Shown here piece after piece: positions 11,529 through 24,503 of a stretch of DNA of 64,000 nt. Within the stretch, counting starts at the first letter, position 1. The number at the start of each line of letters is the position of its first letter. The position numbers and the translations under genes were made by a program. Source of the stretch: Mobula hypostoma (Eukaryota); NCBI RefSeq assembly GCF_963921235.1, contig NC_086097.1, positions 82,214,001 to 82,278,000 of the forward strand. Direction: 5' to 3'. The notes under the pieces are model-generated. The model had not been told where the DNA came from and ran no database searches. It was given only the letters and a program-made list of their open reading frames with translations.

Positions 11529-13084
11529 AATCTAGCCCTCTGCTGATCTCTTGGATATCCAGGGCTTCTGGTTGGGGAAGCCTCTGAACGATTTTGTGGA
11601 CTTACACCCAATAAACAAGAGCCTTTATGAAGGCCATAACAACTGTAACAAAAAGCCTTGCTAGTCTAAACTTGTTTGGTCCTTGCAGAGAGATTCCCCT
11701 GAATTAGTGAGAATGTTACATTTTTGCAAGGAGCCTTTTAGAACATCCTTTAAAAGTTTTCTCTTCTGGTAATCTTGCTGTAGTGGATCTTGGACATGCC
11801 CAATGGAACCGCCCAAATGTAATTAAAGCCTCATTGCTGAGTAAATTAAGGCAGAGGCAGACTCTGATGTTGGTTTGCTTATCCTTCCAGTGGCTGAGAA
11901 GATGTAGCATTGGTGCTACCTTTCCAATGCTTTGAGATGCCTGTTCTAGATAGTCATGGTTTCTGAATCAAATAGGAAGGCAATGATTACCGCTGCCTGG
12001 TAGACCAACTGCTGTGTCTTAATTTTTTTCACCAAGCAATGATTTCCTTAATTAGGTTTTCTAAATTTAATTTAAAAAATCAAAGATAGTTAAATGCAAT
12101 GCTAATGAAATCTGGTTCATTTCCCAATGAACCATTCAGTCTGGCAGTAAAATACAAGGCCCATTTGGCGTAGGAAGTTAAAATTGATCACATTTAATGC
12201 AATGTATTTTCCCTGTGATTTGTAGAGTTTTGCTCTGTATTTACAGTACCTATGCCTCAGCAAACTTAAGTACTCTTTTCAGACTCAGGCCATTGGAAAG
12301 TATTTAATTTTAACCTTGGCTCTGAGAACACTCGTGCTTTAAGTGAACAATTAACCAAAAGAACAACATTGGGATTGCAGAAGTTGGGGGAGAGCAGTGA
12401 AAGGGACTTTTGGTTCGGGATTGGAAACTTGAACCTTTGCAAGTCTTGAAAAAATAATCTGTTAGCACCTAAGTTCCAAATGTGCTAAATAATACCTCTG
12501 AGATTCTTAATGTTTGAACTTGGGAATTCAATAAAGAATGAACTGCATTTAATGATGGGATTTTAAATTTAGTTCTAAAATCACCCATTACACTATCTTT
12601 TCAGCTATGATGCTGTATTTTCACCTAGAATTGCATTTAACACAAATGTGTGTATTCCATCCCCCTTAGCTGCATTGAGGTGGTGTGCTGGGTCGAACTG
12701 CACATAACAGAAGTGGCTTAATACCAGCGTGTAGTTTGCTAGACCAGTTGATAGCCAGCCACTATAGACTTCAAATGTATGATAGTAAATAGTATATTAT
12801 TGTTGAATTTTAGGAAGTTGTATGGGGGATTAAAATAAGTATCGATTGTGCATCAATATCATCAAGGGGCTTTCTGCCCAAGCTCACCAGATGTGAATGA
12901 AAAGAAAACTCAGAGACCTTAATACGTCAAAGAGATTTGTAAAAAACTACTTAGATGGGAAACAGAATATTGGTGTTCTCAAAGAGGGGATTTCTTTTGA
13001 TTCCTCTTCATTTTTCCCAAAAAACCTGTCATGATTGAGTGATTACCATTGGGAATTATACAGTTTATCTTTCTTTGCTCCTTC

Positions 13085-14415
13085 AGGTCAGCTCTGGAAG
13101 GATTTGCAGGCCATTACTTCCAAAAAAAGTGAAACCTAACATCATGACTGGCTGTGATGCTTCATTCTCAGATGAGCTCCACCACCTTTCACGCTCGCTT
13201 TGAAAGGGAGAATAAAACTACAGCTAGAGGATCCCTGCAGTACCACGTGACCCTGTGATCTCTGTCTTGGAAGCCAATGACAAGATGTCTCTCAAGGGGT
13301 TGAACCCTGGTGAGGCGACATGCTGCGATAGCATACCTGGTAGGGCCCTGAAAACCTGTGCAAACCAATTGGTGGGAGTGTTCAAAGGTGTTTTCAATCT
13401 CCTATTGCTACAGTCAGAAGTTCCCATCTGCTTCAAAAGGGCAACAATCATACCAGTGCCCACGAAAAGCAGAGTGAGCTGCCTCAACGACTATCACTTA
13501 CATTGACGATGATGAAATGCTTTGAGAGGTTGGTTATGGCTAGAATCAACTCCTGCCTCAGCAAGGACCTGGACCCTCTGCAATTTGCCTATCATCACAA
13601 TAGTCTACAGTGGATGCGGTCTCATTGGCTCTTCCTAAGGCCTTGGATCACCTGGACAATACTAATACTTACATCGACTACAGCTCAGCGTTTAACACTA
13701 TCATTGCTACAGTTCTGATTGAAAAGCTCCAACACCTGGGCCTCTGTACTACCCTCTGCAACTGGATCCTCAACTTCCTCACCAGAAGACTACAGTCTGT
13801 GCGGATCAGAAATAGCATCTTCACCTCACTGATAATCAAAACTGGCATACCTCAAGGATGCCAGCATTGCCCCTTGCTGTACTCTGTCTACACCCATGAC
13901 TGTGTGGCTAAGCACAGCTCAAATGCCATCTATAAATTTGCTGATGGCACAGTTATTGTTGGCAGAATTTTGGATTGTACAATCTTGGACTCGGCTGGCA
14001 CGTGGCCAAGTGGTTAAGGGGTTGGTCTGGTGATCTGAAGGTCGCTAGTTCGAGCCTCAGCTGAGGCAGCGTGTTGTGTCCTTGGGCAAGGCACTTAACC
14101 ACACATTGCCCTGCAACAACACCGGTGCCAAGCTGTATCAGCCCCAGTGCCCTTCCCTTGGACAACATTGGTGGCGTGGAGAGGGGAGACATGCAGCATG
14201 GGCAACTGCCGGTCTTCCATACAACCTTGCCCAGGCCTGCACCCTGGAAACCTTCCAAGGCGCAAATCCATGGTCTCACGAGACTAACGGATGCCTATTA
14301 CTGTAATTTACAGTTTTTATTATTACGTATTGCAACGTACGCCTGCTGCATAACAACAAGTTTCAGAACATACGCCAGCCAGCAGTATTAAACCTGATCT
14401 GATTCTGATTCTGAT
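13085..14415 (+). mobile_element. Rex1/Babar LINE (internally deleted) with SINE insertion; (TTCTGA)n tail
   Basis: ORFs 13255-13506, 13503-13718, 13610-14017: [42 protein letters not shown]. Confidence 0.9.
13993..14300 (+). mobile_element. tRNA-derived SINE
   Basis: A box TGGCCAAGTGG, B box GTTCGAGCC, central gtgtccttgggcaaggcacttaac, LINE-like tail ending ggatgcctattac. Confidence 0.85.
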
Positions 14416-14419
14416 TCCA

Positions 14420-15355
14420 TCATTAATTCTCATCTGTATTCACGAAGGAGAAAGACATCCTAGACAGAGAATTTGGAGATGGGGACAATGAGTTTCGAGT
14501 TCTGGAACAAATGACTTCCAGCAGGCTTAAGGGTGGATGTATCCCCGGGGCTCTGATTAGATACATGCAAGACTTCTATCGCTGGGGTTCTAAATGAAAT
14601 TTTCAAATCTTCTCTGGCCATAGCTGACTGGCAAGCATTCAAGAAGGGCATCTGGGATCATCAAAATTATTGCAGGCCAATCAATCTAACTTCAGAGGCG
14701 GGAAAATTATTGGATAACTACCTGAAGGATAGGATTGGTTTGCATTCTGCCATCTGTGATCTGCCATCGAGCTGAGGATTTGAGCCGGGCTGCTGGGCCT
14801 CAGGAGAAGCTGGATTGGATTTGGAAGAGCTAACCTGGGAGGATACCATGCTGCTGCCTACTACTGAGAGGCAATGGAGTGGGTGCGAAGGAGATGTGCA
14901 GTGAAACCGTGACTGACTGTCTTGGACATTTTTTTTGCGATCGCAAGACCCTGTTGGACACTGATTGTTGCAGGCCTGGCGAGACAGGCAGAAAGCCAGC
15001 AGTATCACCTCAGTTATAGCTTGCATGTTGTAGCGTGGCATCTGGGTTCAGTTAGCCTCTCCTGTTGGTGCTGCCCTCCAGTGGTGGATCAATGGATTTA
15101 CAGGCTGGACTGCCGGGAACCATCAATTTGCAGGACTTGAACTAGAATTAGTTTTCTTACGTGACTATGTTCTTTTTTTTTCTTTCTCGTTATTTTGAAT
15201 GCGTGTGAATGTTTTTGCACCTTGGCCCCAGAGGAACACTGTCTCATTCGGCTGTATCCATGTATGGTTTGAATAACAATTATACTTGATTTGATTTGAT
15301 TTGATCTGGAGTGGCGGCAATTGATCGGGGATAATTGGCATGTCTTTGTTAAGTA
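14420..15355 (+). mobile_element. Old CR1 ORF2 fragment interrupted by an (ATTTG)n-tailed non-autonomous element (~14750-15305)
   Basis: CR1-like ttcaagaaggg..aattattgcaggccaatc resumes at tctggagtgg after the insertion; tail ttgatttgatttgatttga. Confidence 0.6.
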
Positions 15356-15362
15356 TGGATCC

Positions 15363-15681
15363 TGTTATGTTGTTGTGTGAAATCAGGTTCGCAGGTCTGG
15401 TAAGTGAGAGAAGAAGACACTCACTACTCATAAAGTTAACTATTTATTTACAGGACAAGACACACCGTAAATATTTAGTAAACCCTCTAAATTACACCCA
15501 ATTACAATTACTTACCTAACCTGAGAACCTGAAGTGGCAGAACGAAATACACACTAAACATAAGCACAGTGGCAAGTACTTATCAAAAGTGTGCGCCCTG
15601 GCCCTCTTTACTGCAGCACACCCCCACTGTTTATTGTTTCTGCACACCTGGCTGCCTATGGTAACCCACCAGCATATAACA
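15363..15681 (-). mobile_element. Solo LTR
   Basis: Termini TGTTATG...CATATAACA; flanks ATCC/TTCC (3 of 4 match a 4-bp TSD); AATAAA on the - strand near the 3' end. Confidence 0.65.
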
Positions 15682-15949
15682 TTCCCTCAGTCGACATCTT
15701 TCAGGTAGCTAACGAAAATGTCTATTTTCCTTCTTTTACATCTGTTTTTCACCTTAAGTGTGTTTCTGGGGCTTTTGGAGCCTGTGAAGTTCCAGCTTGG
15801 AGATTGTTTGAGTGAGCCAGCACTTTGCAGACTCCAAGAAGATTCCGGGAAGTGAGCACGTACTTGGACAGCCCTGATGTGAAGAAACTTTGGGATGGGA
15901 CTTCATTTCACCATTTAAGGCATCCATGAATTGCCAATTAGAGCATCGA

Positions 15950-16495
15950 GGAAGATTGAGATAGCCAGGCAAATGCGGAAGGCCAGCGAGCGTTCAGTGC
16001 TGACTGCCTTCGTTTTGATCGTTGCCAGAGAAGGAGTTGGTGAGTGGCCTTTCACTGTGTGTCTGGCTGTGGCAGGCGGGTAGGCCTCTCTGCCTCTCTG
16101 TCGATGAATGTCAGTGATATCATTGGATGGTTTTGTGGTTATCCGTTTATGGATTGGACTATTGCATGTATGGACTGTGGACTTTTTCAGACTTAAAGTC
16201 TTTATATTCTGAGTTTTTTTTTATCACGCATTCCTATTCCATTTTGCTGTGTGAGGGGGGTGTTTGGTGGTTGATATTCTACTGTTTTTTTTGTGCAGGG
16301 GAGGGGTTGTTTGAGGGTCAATGTGCTTGGAGGGTTTGGGGTGTTGATGATCGCGATGCTGTTCTTTTTTGTGCGGGGGGCATTGATGTTTCTCTTTGAA
16401 TGACTTTCATGTTCTTTCTTGTCTCAGGGCTATCTGGAGACGACAATTTTCAGAGTTGTATGTGGATAATAAATGAACCTCTGATCCTTTGGACC
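15950..16495 (+). mobile_element. Non-autonomous retroposon with Rex-type 3' end (family of 38637-39972)
   Basis: Shares ctatctggaga..tttcagagttg..gataataaatgaacct with the reverse complement of 38637-38710; 5' boundary approximate. Confidence 0.65.
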
Positions 16496-17522
16496 TTCGA
16501 AAGGAGGCCGTGTTGTTGCCACAAGCTAGATTTAAACTATACTGGTGCATTAAACCACTACGATGATTAGTCTCTGGAATTGTGCCTGTGAGACTCCCGG
16601 GAGCTGATGCTCCCAAAGTTCTTCATTCTTATATTTTTTCCTCTTTCAAAGGGAAACTGAAGTCTGGAACATGCCACCGGAGAGACTGAAGGAAGCAGGA
16701 AGTCTCATAACATTCAAGAAGTATTCGATGATCAGGAAGGAAAATCAGAAGTACCAGATTAATCACTTCAGAACTTTCCCCGCAATAGATATCTGATGCT
16801 AATGCAGATTAGAAATATTTTGAACTATTAGGTAATCTCATAAAGTTTATGTTTCACTCTAAGCAGGAAGTTGTAGTACATTGTTCTGTCAAGAAAATCA
16901 ATTGACATACAGGAGGAGAGCAGTATTACTTGACACTGCTAGAATTCCAATGTGAACATTTTACTGAAGTAATGCCTGGGCATCTTATGCTTTATTTATT
17001 TTACAGATGCTTTGATATTGTCAATTCTGGTGGTCAATCAATTGAAACAGTTACTTCCCTGTTCACTTTAAATTGATAGTATAACTTGCTGTGTTGTGGA
17101 TTGAGCATGTTTGTGAATCTTCACGGTAGTGAACTCCAAGTCCTGGTCAGGAGGTGTGAAGTGTGTAATGTGCTTTTCCACTCTGGACAAGAGACAGTGA
17201 ATGAGAAGGTGGTTCTTCCAGGAGATTCTTGCATTCCTGCCATTCTCAGGATAGTGCTGATAAGTAGGGACTCTTTGCGTGCAGTTCCGATGCGAATCAT
17301 TCATTTAGGACTACTGCAGCTGGAATCTTCAGTCACAGCCATGCGTACTTCAGGAGGCAACGTCATTTTAAGACGTTACAAAAAATCTATTAATCCTCAA
17401 AATCAACGAACCTCAGACAGCAGACTCAGGACATGAGTGCAGTTCCTCGTTAAGAAAACAGAAGCAGGGAAGGCCTTCTGGGCTACAGGTATGATTGAAA
17501 TGTGGAGGCTTTAGACACCAAC

Positions 17523-20500
17523 TCAGAATCAGAATCAGAATCAGGTTTATTATCACTGGCACGCGTCATGAAATTTGTTAACTTAGCAGCAGCAGTTCAA
17601 AGCAATACATGATAATAGATAAATAAAAATAAATCAAGTACGGTAAATATATATATGTATATTGAATAGATTAAAAATAGTGCAAAAACTGAAATAATAT
17701 ATATTAAGAAAATGAAGAAAAAGGTAAGGTAGTGTACTTGGATTCAGTGTCCATTTAGGAATCATACGTCAGAGGGGAAGAAGCTGTTCCTGAATCACTG
17801 AGTGTGTGCCTTCAGGCTTCTGTACCTCCTTCCTGATGGTAACAATGAGAAGAGGGCATGCCGTGTGTGATGGGGTTCCCTAATAATGGACACCGCTCAC
17901 TATAGGTGCCTTGGATACTCTGGAGGCTAGTACCCAAGATGGAGCTGACTAACTTTACAACTTCCTGTAGCTTCTTTCAGTCCTGTGCAGTAGCCCCCAC
18001 CGCTGCCCCCCCCCGCGTACCAGACACTGATACAGCTTGTCCAAATGCTCTCCACGCTACATCTTTAGAAAATTCTGTAAACACAAAATATTCTGCAGAT
18101 GCTGGGGTCAAAGCAACACTCACAACAAACTGGAGGATAGATGCTCAACTGATGATGCTGCCCGACCTGCTGAGTTCCTCCAGCTTGTTATGAGTACAGT
18201 ATAGAAAATTTTGAGTGTTTTAGATGACAAACCAAGTCTCTTCAAACTACTAATGAAATGGAGCCACTGTCTTGCCATCATTATAGCTGCATCGATATGT
18301 TGGGACCAGGTTAGATCCTCAGAGATCTTGACACCCAGGAACTTGAAATTGCTCTCTCTCTCTCCAATTCTGATCCCTCTGTGAGGATTGGTTCATGTTC
18401 CCTTGTCTTACCCTTCCTGAAGTCCACAATCAGCTCCTTCATCTTACTGACACAAGGTTATTGCTGCAACACCAAGCAACTAGCTGGTGTATCTCACTAC
18501 TGCATGTCCTCTCATCTCCATCTGAGATTCTACCAACAATGGTTGTATCATCAGCAAATTTATAGATGGTATTTGAGCTATACCTAGCCACACAGTCATG
18601 TGTATAGAGAGAGTAGAGCAGTGGGCTAAGCACACACCCCTGAGGTGTGCCAGTGTTGATCGTCAGCAAGGAGAAGATATTATCACCAATCCACACAGAT
18701 TATGGTTTTCTGGTTAAGAAGTCAAGGATTGAATTGCAGAAGGAGGTAAAGAGGCCCAGGTTCTGTAGATTATCGATTAGGACTCTGGGAATGATGGTGT
18801 TAAATGCTGAGCTATAGTCAATGAACAGCATCCTGACATAGATATTTGTACTGTCCAGGTGATCTAAGGCTGTGTGAAGAGCCATTAAGATTGCACCTGC
18901 CGAGGACCTATTGTGGCAATAGGCAAATTACAGTGGGTCTAGGTCCTTGCTGAGACAGGAATTCATTCTAGCCATGACCAACCACTCAAAGCATTTCATC
19001 ATTGTAGATGTGAGTGCTACTGGACGATAGTCATTAAGGCAGCTCACACTAGGCACTGGTAGAATTGCCACCTTTTGAAGCAGATGGGAAATTCCAACCA
19101 TAGCACTGAGAGGTTAAGAATGTTCTTGAATGCTCCTGCCAGTTGGTTGGCATAAGTTTTCAGAGCCTTATCAGATATTTCATTAAGTCTGCCGCCTTGC
19201 GAGGGTTCACCCTCCTTAAAGACAGCCTGAATTCGGCCTCCAAGACAGAAATCACAGGGTCACCATGTGCAGCAGGGATCTTCAAAGCTGTAGTTGTGCT
19301 CTCCCTTTCAAAGCGGGCATAGAAGGCATTGAGTTCATCTGGTGGTGAAGCATCACTGCTATTCATGCTATTGGGTTTTGCTTTGGAGGAAGTAATGTCC
19401 TGCAAACCCTGCCAGAGTTGACGTGTATCCAATGTTGCCTCCAATTTCACTCAGAGTTGTTTCTTCGCTCTTGAAAAAGCCTTTCGCAAGCTATACCTGG
19501 TTTCCTTGTTCAGACCTGAGTCACCAGACTTAAATGCCACAGATCTAGCCCTCAGCAGGTGATGACCCTCCTAGCTTTTGCTTTGGGAACGTACAGCAAG
19601 TTTTCATAGGCACACATTCATCCATGCAGATTTTAATAAAGTCGGTAACAACTGCGGCATAGTCATCCAGATTCAAAGATGAATCCCTGAGTACAGTCCA
19701 GTCCACCACTTCAAAGCAGTCCTGTAGGCACTCCTGTGCTTCAATCGTCCATACCTTCCTGGTCCTCACTACTACTGCTGCAGTCTTCAGTCTCTAACTA
19801 TACTCGGGGAGTAGAAGTACACCTAGGTGATCAGACTTCCCGAAGTGTGGGCGTGGAATAACATGGTAAGCACTCTTGATGGTGGTATAACAGTGGTCCA
19901 GTGTATTGTTTCCTCTGGTACTACAATTGATTTGTTGATGGCAATTATTTAGTGACTTTTTCAAGCTGGCCTGGTTAAAGTCCCCAAAAATGATGGTGAA
20001 GGTGTTAGAGTGTGCTGTTTTACGCATGTTGATCATTTAAAGACTATTTGACATTGGCCTGAGGTGGAAATGCTACCAAAATGATCACAGAAATCTCCTA
20101 TGGCAGGGAAAATGGACGGCACTTAATGGTGAGAGACTCCACATCTGGTGAGCAGAATTGGGACAACACTGATACATTTGTTCTCTAAGAGGAGTTGATC
20201 ATGGGGCATACACCTCCACTTCTGCTTTTGAGAGACTCGATAGTCCTTTCCTGATGGTGTGTAGTGAAGATGTCAATCTGAATCACTGTCAGGTATGGAA
20301 AGGGTTAACTAGGATTCCATGAAACAAAGGACACATGTAGTCCTAATGTCCCTCCGATTCTGCACCCTAGTTCTGAGATCTTCGATTTTACTTACCAGAA
20401 ACTGTACGCTTGCCAGAAAGATAGTCGGTATTGGGAATTGAAAACCCCATTTTCTTTAACGCAGCTGTATCCCTGACAGGCAGCCATGTTTCCTACGCGG

Positions 20501-20600
20501 AGTCCAGCCAGAAGTAAGGCCTCAGTTGGCATTGTTCCTATTGGTTTTAAGCAGCAACATCTTTATTAACTGTACAGACCTTGGAAGCAGTTGTGATTCT
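17523..20600 (-). mobile_element. Near full-length Rex1/Babar LINE, inactivated; (TTCTGA)n tail
   Basis: Endonuclease IFGDFNQ..TRGNNTLDHCY..GKSDH (19794-20036); [39 protein letters not shown] (18439-18885). Confidence 0.92.
18078..18196. mobile_element. Inverted (head-to-head) Penelope terminal-repeat remnant inserted in Rex1
   Basis: aaacacaaaatattctgcagatgctggggtcaaagcaacac (reverse) joined to gatgctgcccgacctgctgagttcctccagc (forward); both match 57135-57220. Confidence 0.75.
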
Positions 20601-20689
20601 CAGCTGTATCAGGCTGATCTGGGAATATGTCATTACATCCATTGAGCTGTGCTGCACGAGACCGCCTTCAAGGCCCCCTTCAGCCCACG

Positions 20690-20965
20690 TTGTCTGTGCT
20701 GAGCTTGAGGCCAATCAAAACTAATCCCTTCCACTTGCACATGGCCCATATCCCTTCATTTCTTGCATATTCATGTGCTTTAGTAAAAGCCACTTAAACA
20801 CCACCATTGCGTCTGCTTCCACCATCATTCCCAGCACCTACCACAGTCTGTGTAAAAAACTTTCCGTGTATATCTCCTTCAAATGTTATCCCTCTCACAT
20901 TAAAGCTATGTCTGTATAACATTAAATTGGACAACCCAGTGCATAATCCTTCATCTCTAGCTGGG
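20690..20965 (-). mobile_element. CR1 3' end fragment
   Basis: Typical CR1 3' UTR/ORF2 end in reverse (cttcagcccacgttgtctgtgctga...ccctctcacattaaagctatg). Confidence 0.7.
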
Positions 20966-20984
20966 AACAAACACTAAGCCAAAT

Positions 20985-21290
20985 GGAGCAGAATTGCTCG
21001 ATGAAGTGACACCCCAATTTACATCGGATCTCACTAATGTAGATGAGGCCGCATCGGGAGCACCAGACACAATAGACAACCCCAGCAGAATCACAGGTGA
21101 AGTATTGACTCACCTGGAGGGATTGTTTGGGGCCCTGAATGGAGCTGAGGGAGGAGGTGAATGGGCAGAAGTAACACTTGGGCCACTTGTAGGGATAAGT
21201 GCTACGAGTGAGATTAGTGGGGAAGGACGAATAGACAAGGGAATCATGGAGGGGGAAACGATCCCTGTGGAAAGCAGAGAGGGGTGGTGA
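20985..21290 (-). mobile_element. Penelope-like GIY-YIG endonuclease fragment
   Basis: ORF 20922-21113 FTCDSAGVVYCVWCSRCGLIYISE; homologous to 56390-56680. Confidence 0.85.
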
Positions 21291-21294
21291 AAAA

Positions 21295-22060
21295 ATAGTG
21301 AGGCAGCGTACATGGGTTCATTGTCCATTCAGAAATCTGATGTTGTTGGGGAAGAAGCTGGTCCTAAAACATTGAGTGTGTGTCTTTATTCTCTTGTACC
21401 TCCTCCTAGAAGGTAGTCCCTGGATGATGGGGGTCCTTAATGACAGATGCCACCTTTTTGAGGCATTATCTTTTGACGATGTTCTCAATGCTGGGGAGGC
21501 TAGTGCCCATGATGGAGCTGGCTGAGTTTACAACTTTCTGCAGCTTTTTCCAATCCTGTGCAGTGGACCCTCCATACCAGACGGTGATGCAACCAGTTAA
21601 AATGCTCTCCAAGGAACATCTGTAGAAATTTGCGAGTGTCTTTGATGACATAGTAAATCTCCTCAAACTCCTAATGAAATATTGTTGCTGTTGTGCTTCC
21701 TTTGTAATTGCATCAATACGTTGGGCCCAGGATAGATCTTCAGAGATGTTGACACCCAGGATATTGAAACTGCTTCAATGAGAACTGGTGTGTTTCCTCA
21801 GCATCTCCTTCCTGAAGTCCGCAAACAACTCCTTAGTCTTACTGACACTGAATTCAGGGTTGTTGGTACAACAGCACTCAACCAGCTGATCTATCTCTCT
21901 CCTGCACATCTCCTCATTTCCATCTGAAATTCTGCCAACAATAGTGGTGTCATCAGCAAATTTATAGATGGTACTTGAGCTGTGCCTAGCCACACAGCCA
22001 TGGGTGTAGAGAGAGTAGAGCAGTGGGGTTAAGCATGCATCCTTGAGGTGCACCACTGTT
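21295..22060 (-). mobile_element. Rex1/Babar LINE RT/3' fragment
   Basis: PLLYSLYTHGC..KFADDTTIVGRI (21775-22119); NFYRCSLESILTGCITVWYG (21466-21666). Confidence 0.88.
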
Positions 22061-22109
22061 GAGAAGTCATTTCCTATATGCATTCCCTGATTTACCGGTA
22101 CCCTGAAGG

Positions 22110-22980
22110 AGTTCTCCAATGTATCCAGAGCACCTTTGCCAAGGTATATAGGGTCCTGGGTCTTGTCTAGAATATAAAAAAGTCAGCGGTCCTATATCTG
22201 ACACCACTCAACCCGACATCGCCCAGTCAGCCGTTTATCCAGCCCTCTAATAAAGTTGATAGCACCTTTGAAAATGTAGACCACTTTCCCAATCTTGGCA
22301 GCATTCTCTCCTCAAAAGCAGGCATTGACTGAGAGATCAACCAGTGTCTGAATAACACTAGTGGAGCTTATACAAGATTCATGAAAAGAGTCTTTGAAAA
22401 CCACGACCTACAGGTCTGAACAAAACTTTTGATCTATAGAACAGCCGTCCTTCCTACATTACTGTATGGTGTTGAATCATGGACCATCCACTGAAAGTCC
22501 TGGAACAACATTACCAAGGAAGCTTTTGAGGATCACTCGGAAGGTCAGATACACTAACACCAGCACACTGGATGAGGCCAACATGAACAGCTTCTCCACC
22601 ATGACAAAGCAACACCAACTCTGATGGATAGGTCAGGTCATTTGGATGTCTAACTCAAATCAGATACTTTACTCCCTGTTGAAAGAAGGTCAAAAGAAAA
22701 TGCTTTAAAGGAGACATCAAAATCGGCATGAGAAATTCAACATTACGTCTAAATACTGGGAAGACATTGGACTCGATAGATACACCTGGAGGAAATCAGT
22801 TCAAGAGGCAGCTGTGAACAGAGAGACCGAGCAACCAAAAGACCCAACCGCTAACCACAACCACCACGTACTGCATCACATTGCATTAGAATATGTGGAT
22901 CTTGGATTGGCCTCCATAGCCAACAGACAAGCCCTTTGGAGAATATACACTCCACTCGAATGATTGCACTACTGTTACTA
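22110..22980 (+). mobile_element. RTE (BovB-like) LINE 3' fragment
   Basis: Translates to FENVDHFPNLGSILSSKA, LPTLLYGVESWT and a degenerate QLRWIGQVI (RTE C-terminal region), with stops. Confidence 0.75.
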
Positions 22981-24503
22981 GGTTGTGACCACAACTGTTT
23001 TCTGCTCAGCAATCACTCAGCTTGTGGAATTTCAGACAGGAATTAGATAGTCTGATCCTTTGGCATATTGTTCAGCACTCAGTGGTGAGCTGGTGAGATT
23101 TCAGGATTGGCCTTCTTAACCTGATGATGTCAGTGTTAATGCCAAACATCCATAAAAGCCTGTGTTGTGGATGTAGTGGCCAGACATGCATGATTAATAA
23201 TTTATTCTCCTGTAAGTCTAAAGTAAAAGCCCATCAATGGCAGTAGGCTTAAATCACACTGAGATCTTTTAAATGTATTGTGTGAAATAGGTGTCACATG
23301 GGAGGGAGGTTGGCTTATTTGCTGTTCCAGATCCACTGCTGCCATGTCATTATTGACTGGCCCGTTTAAAAGTTGCGGCCACTCTTTCCACCGCAACCCA
23401 CCGTACCGATTTCTGGTTCCAGGCACCTCGTGGGGATAAGAATGGCACATGGTCTTTTTTCCCTTTGTCCCCAGGGCATGCTTCACAGAACCTTTGGGAA
23501 AGTATACTCCAGACTCACATGCACTCTTACCTAAGTACCTGTATGCTGAATATTTAGTTTTGCAGTTTGTGTTGTACGTTTTCATAAATAAAACAGCGGA
23601 GGCATTTTATGCTTAAGAAAAGCTGTGCCATCTAAATTTATTGAACACCAAGAAAAAAACTGAACACAAAGCACAGTCAAAGTCCTTTATGTAATTACAT
23701 AATCAAGTCATACCTGCCTTTTAAAGTGAACCCTGTTAGGATGTTTTTTGGGGGGATTAGTACAAACAGCAAATAACTTCAGCCACCAATCTTCAGATTT
23801 GACTATGAATTGAGGATTAAATCCAAAATGTATCTCTAAACAATGGGTTCATAAGAACCAAAAACCAAGTTAATTGGTAGACCAGACAATGCTGCTTTAA
23901 ATTTGTTATCTGGAGGCTCTGTGGTGTGGGTACGAAACGGGAAGTGTGAAGTTTCTGTATAGTTCAAAGGAAGCATTGTGGATGAATTGTAAATATGGAA
24001 TTGTCCTTTGATCCAAGTCCTTGACATCCACAAGCTGGCAGTTCTTAAGATAGATGAATAGTCCCTGGGCACACAGTAAATCTGCACTGAGCAGAGGGGT
24101 CTAGTCACTTTAGCAAGGCTGAAGTCCCACATGTAACATTGCCCACTGAAGCAGAGCATCACCCATCATGATCTGTAGGTCTGGACCCTGCTGCCATTGG
24201 CAGCCTCATGTGAGGTTTCATCACTCATTGCCTTCTCATCGATATGTGATGCTGGCAGCTCACTCACCTGAGCACCCCTGTCACTCAGGAAGCGTCACCC
24301 TGAAAGGTGTCCATAAGGAACAGTAGATGACCCTGGCAGCTGGAACCCACAGTGTTCACAGACCTCTGATGTCCCAAAGCGCTGGCACTGTCGCAGCTCT
24401 GAGCAGCCCTCGTACCAAATCGAGCGTGATAAAAACTCCGACCTGCGTTGTCTGTTTCACAGCCGAGGGTGTCCTTATGTTGGGAGCCTTGCTGACCGGG
24501 CTT

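Noticed and set aside
13993..14065. tRNA-like sequence with A and B boxes
   Set aside because: Continues into a SINE core and tail; a SINE head, not a tRNA gene
23202..23585. 127-aa - strand ORF next to the Gypsy 3' LTR (possible env or accessory gene)
   Set aside because: Lies almost entirely outside the TSD-defined element and has no recognisable motif
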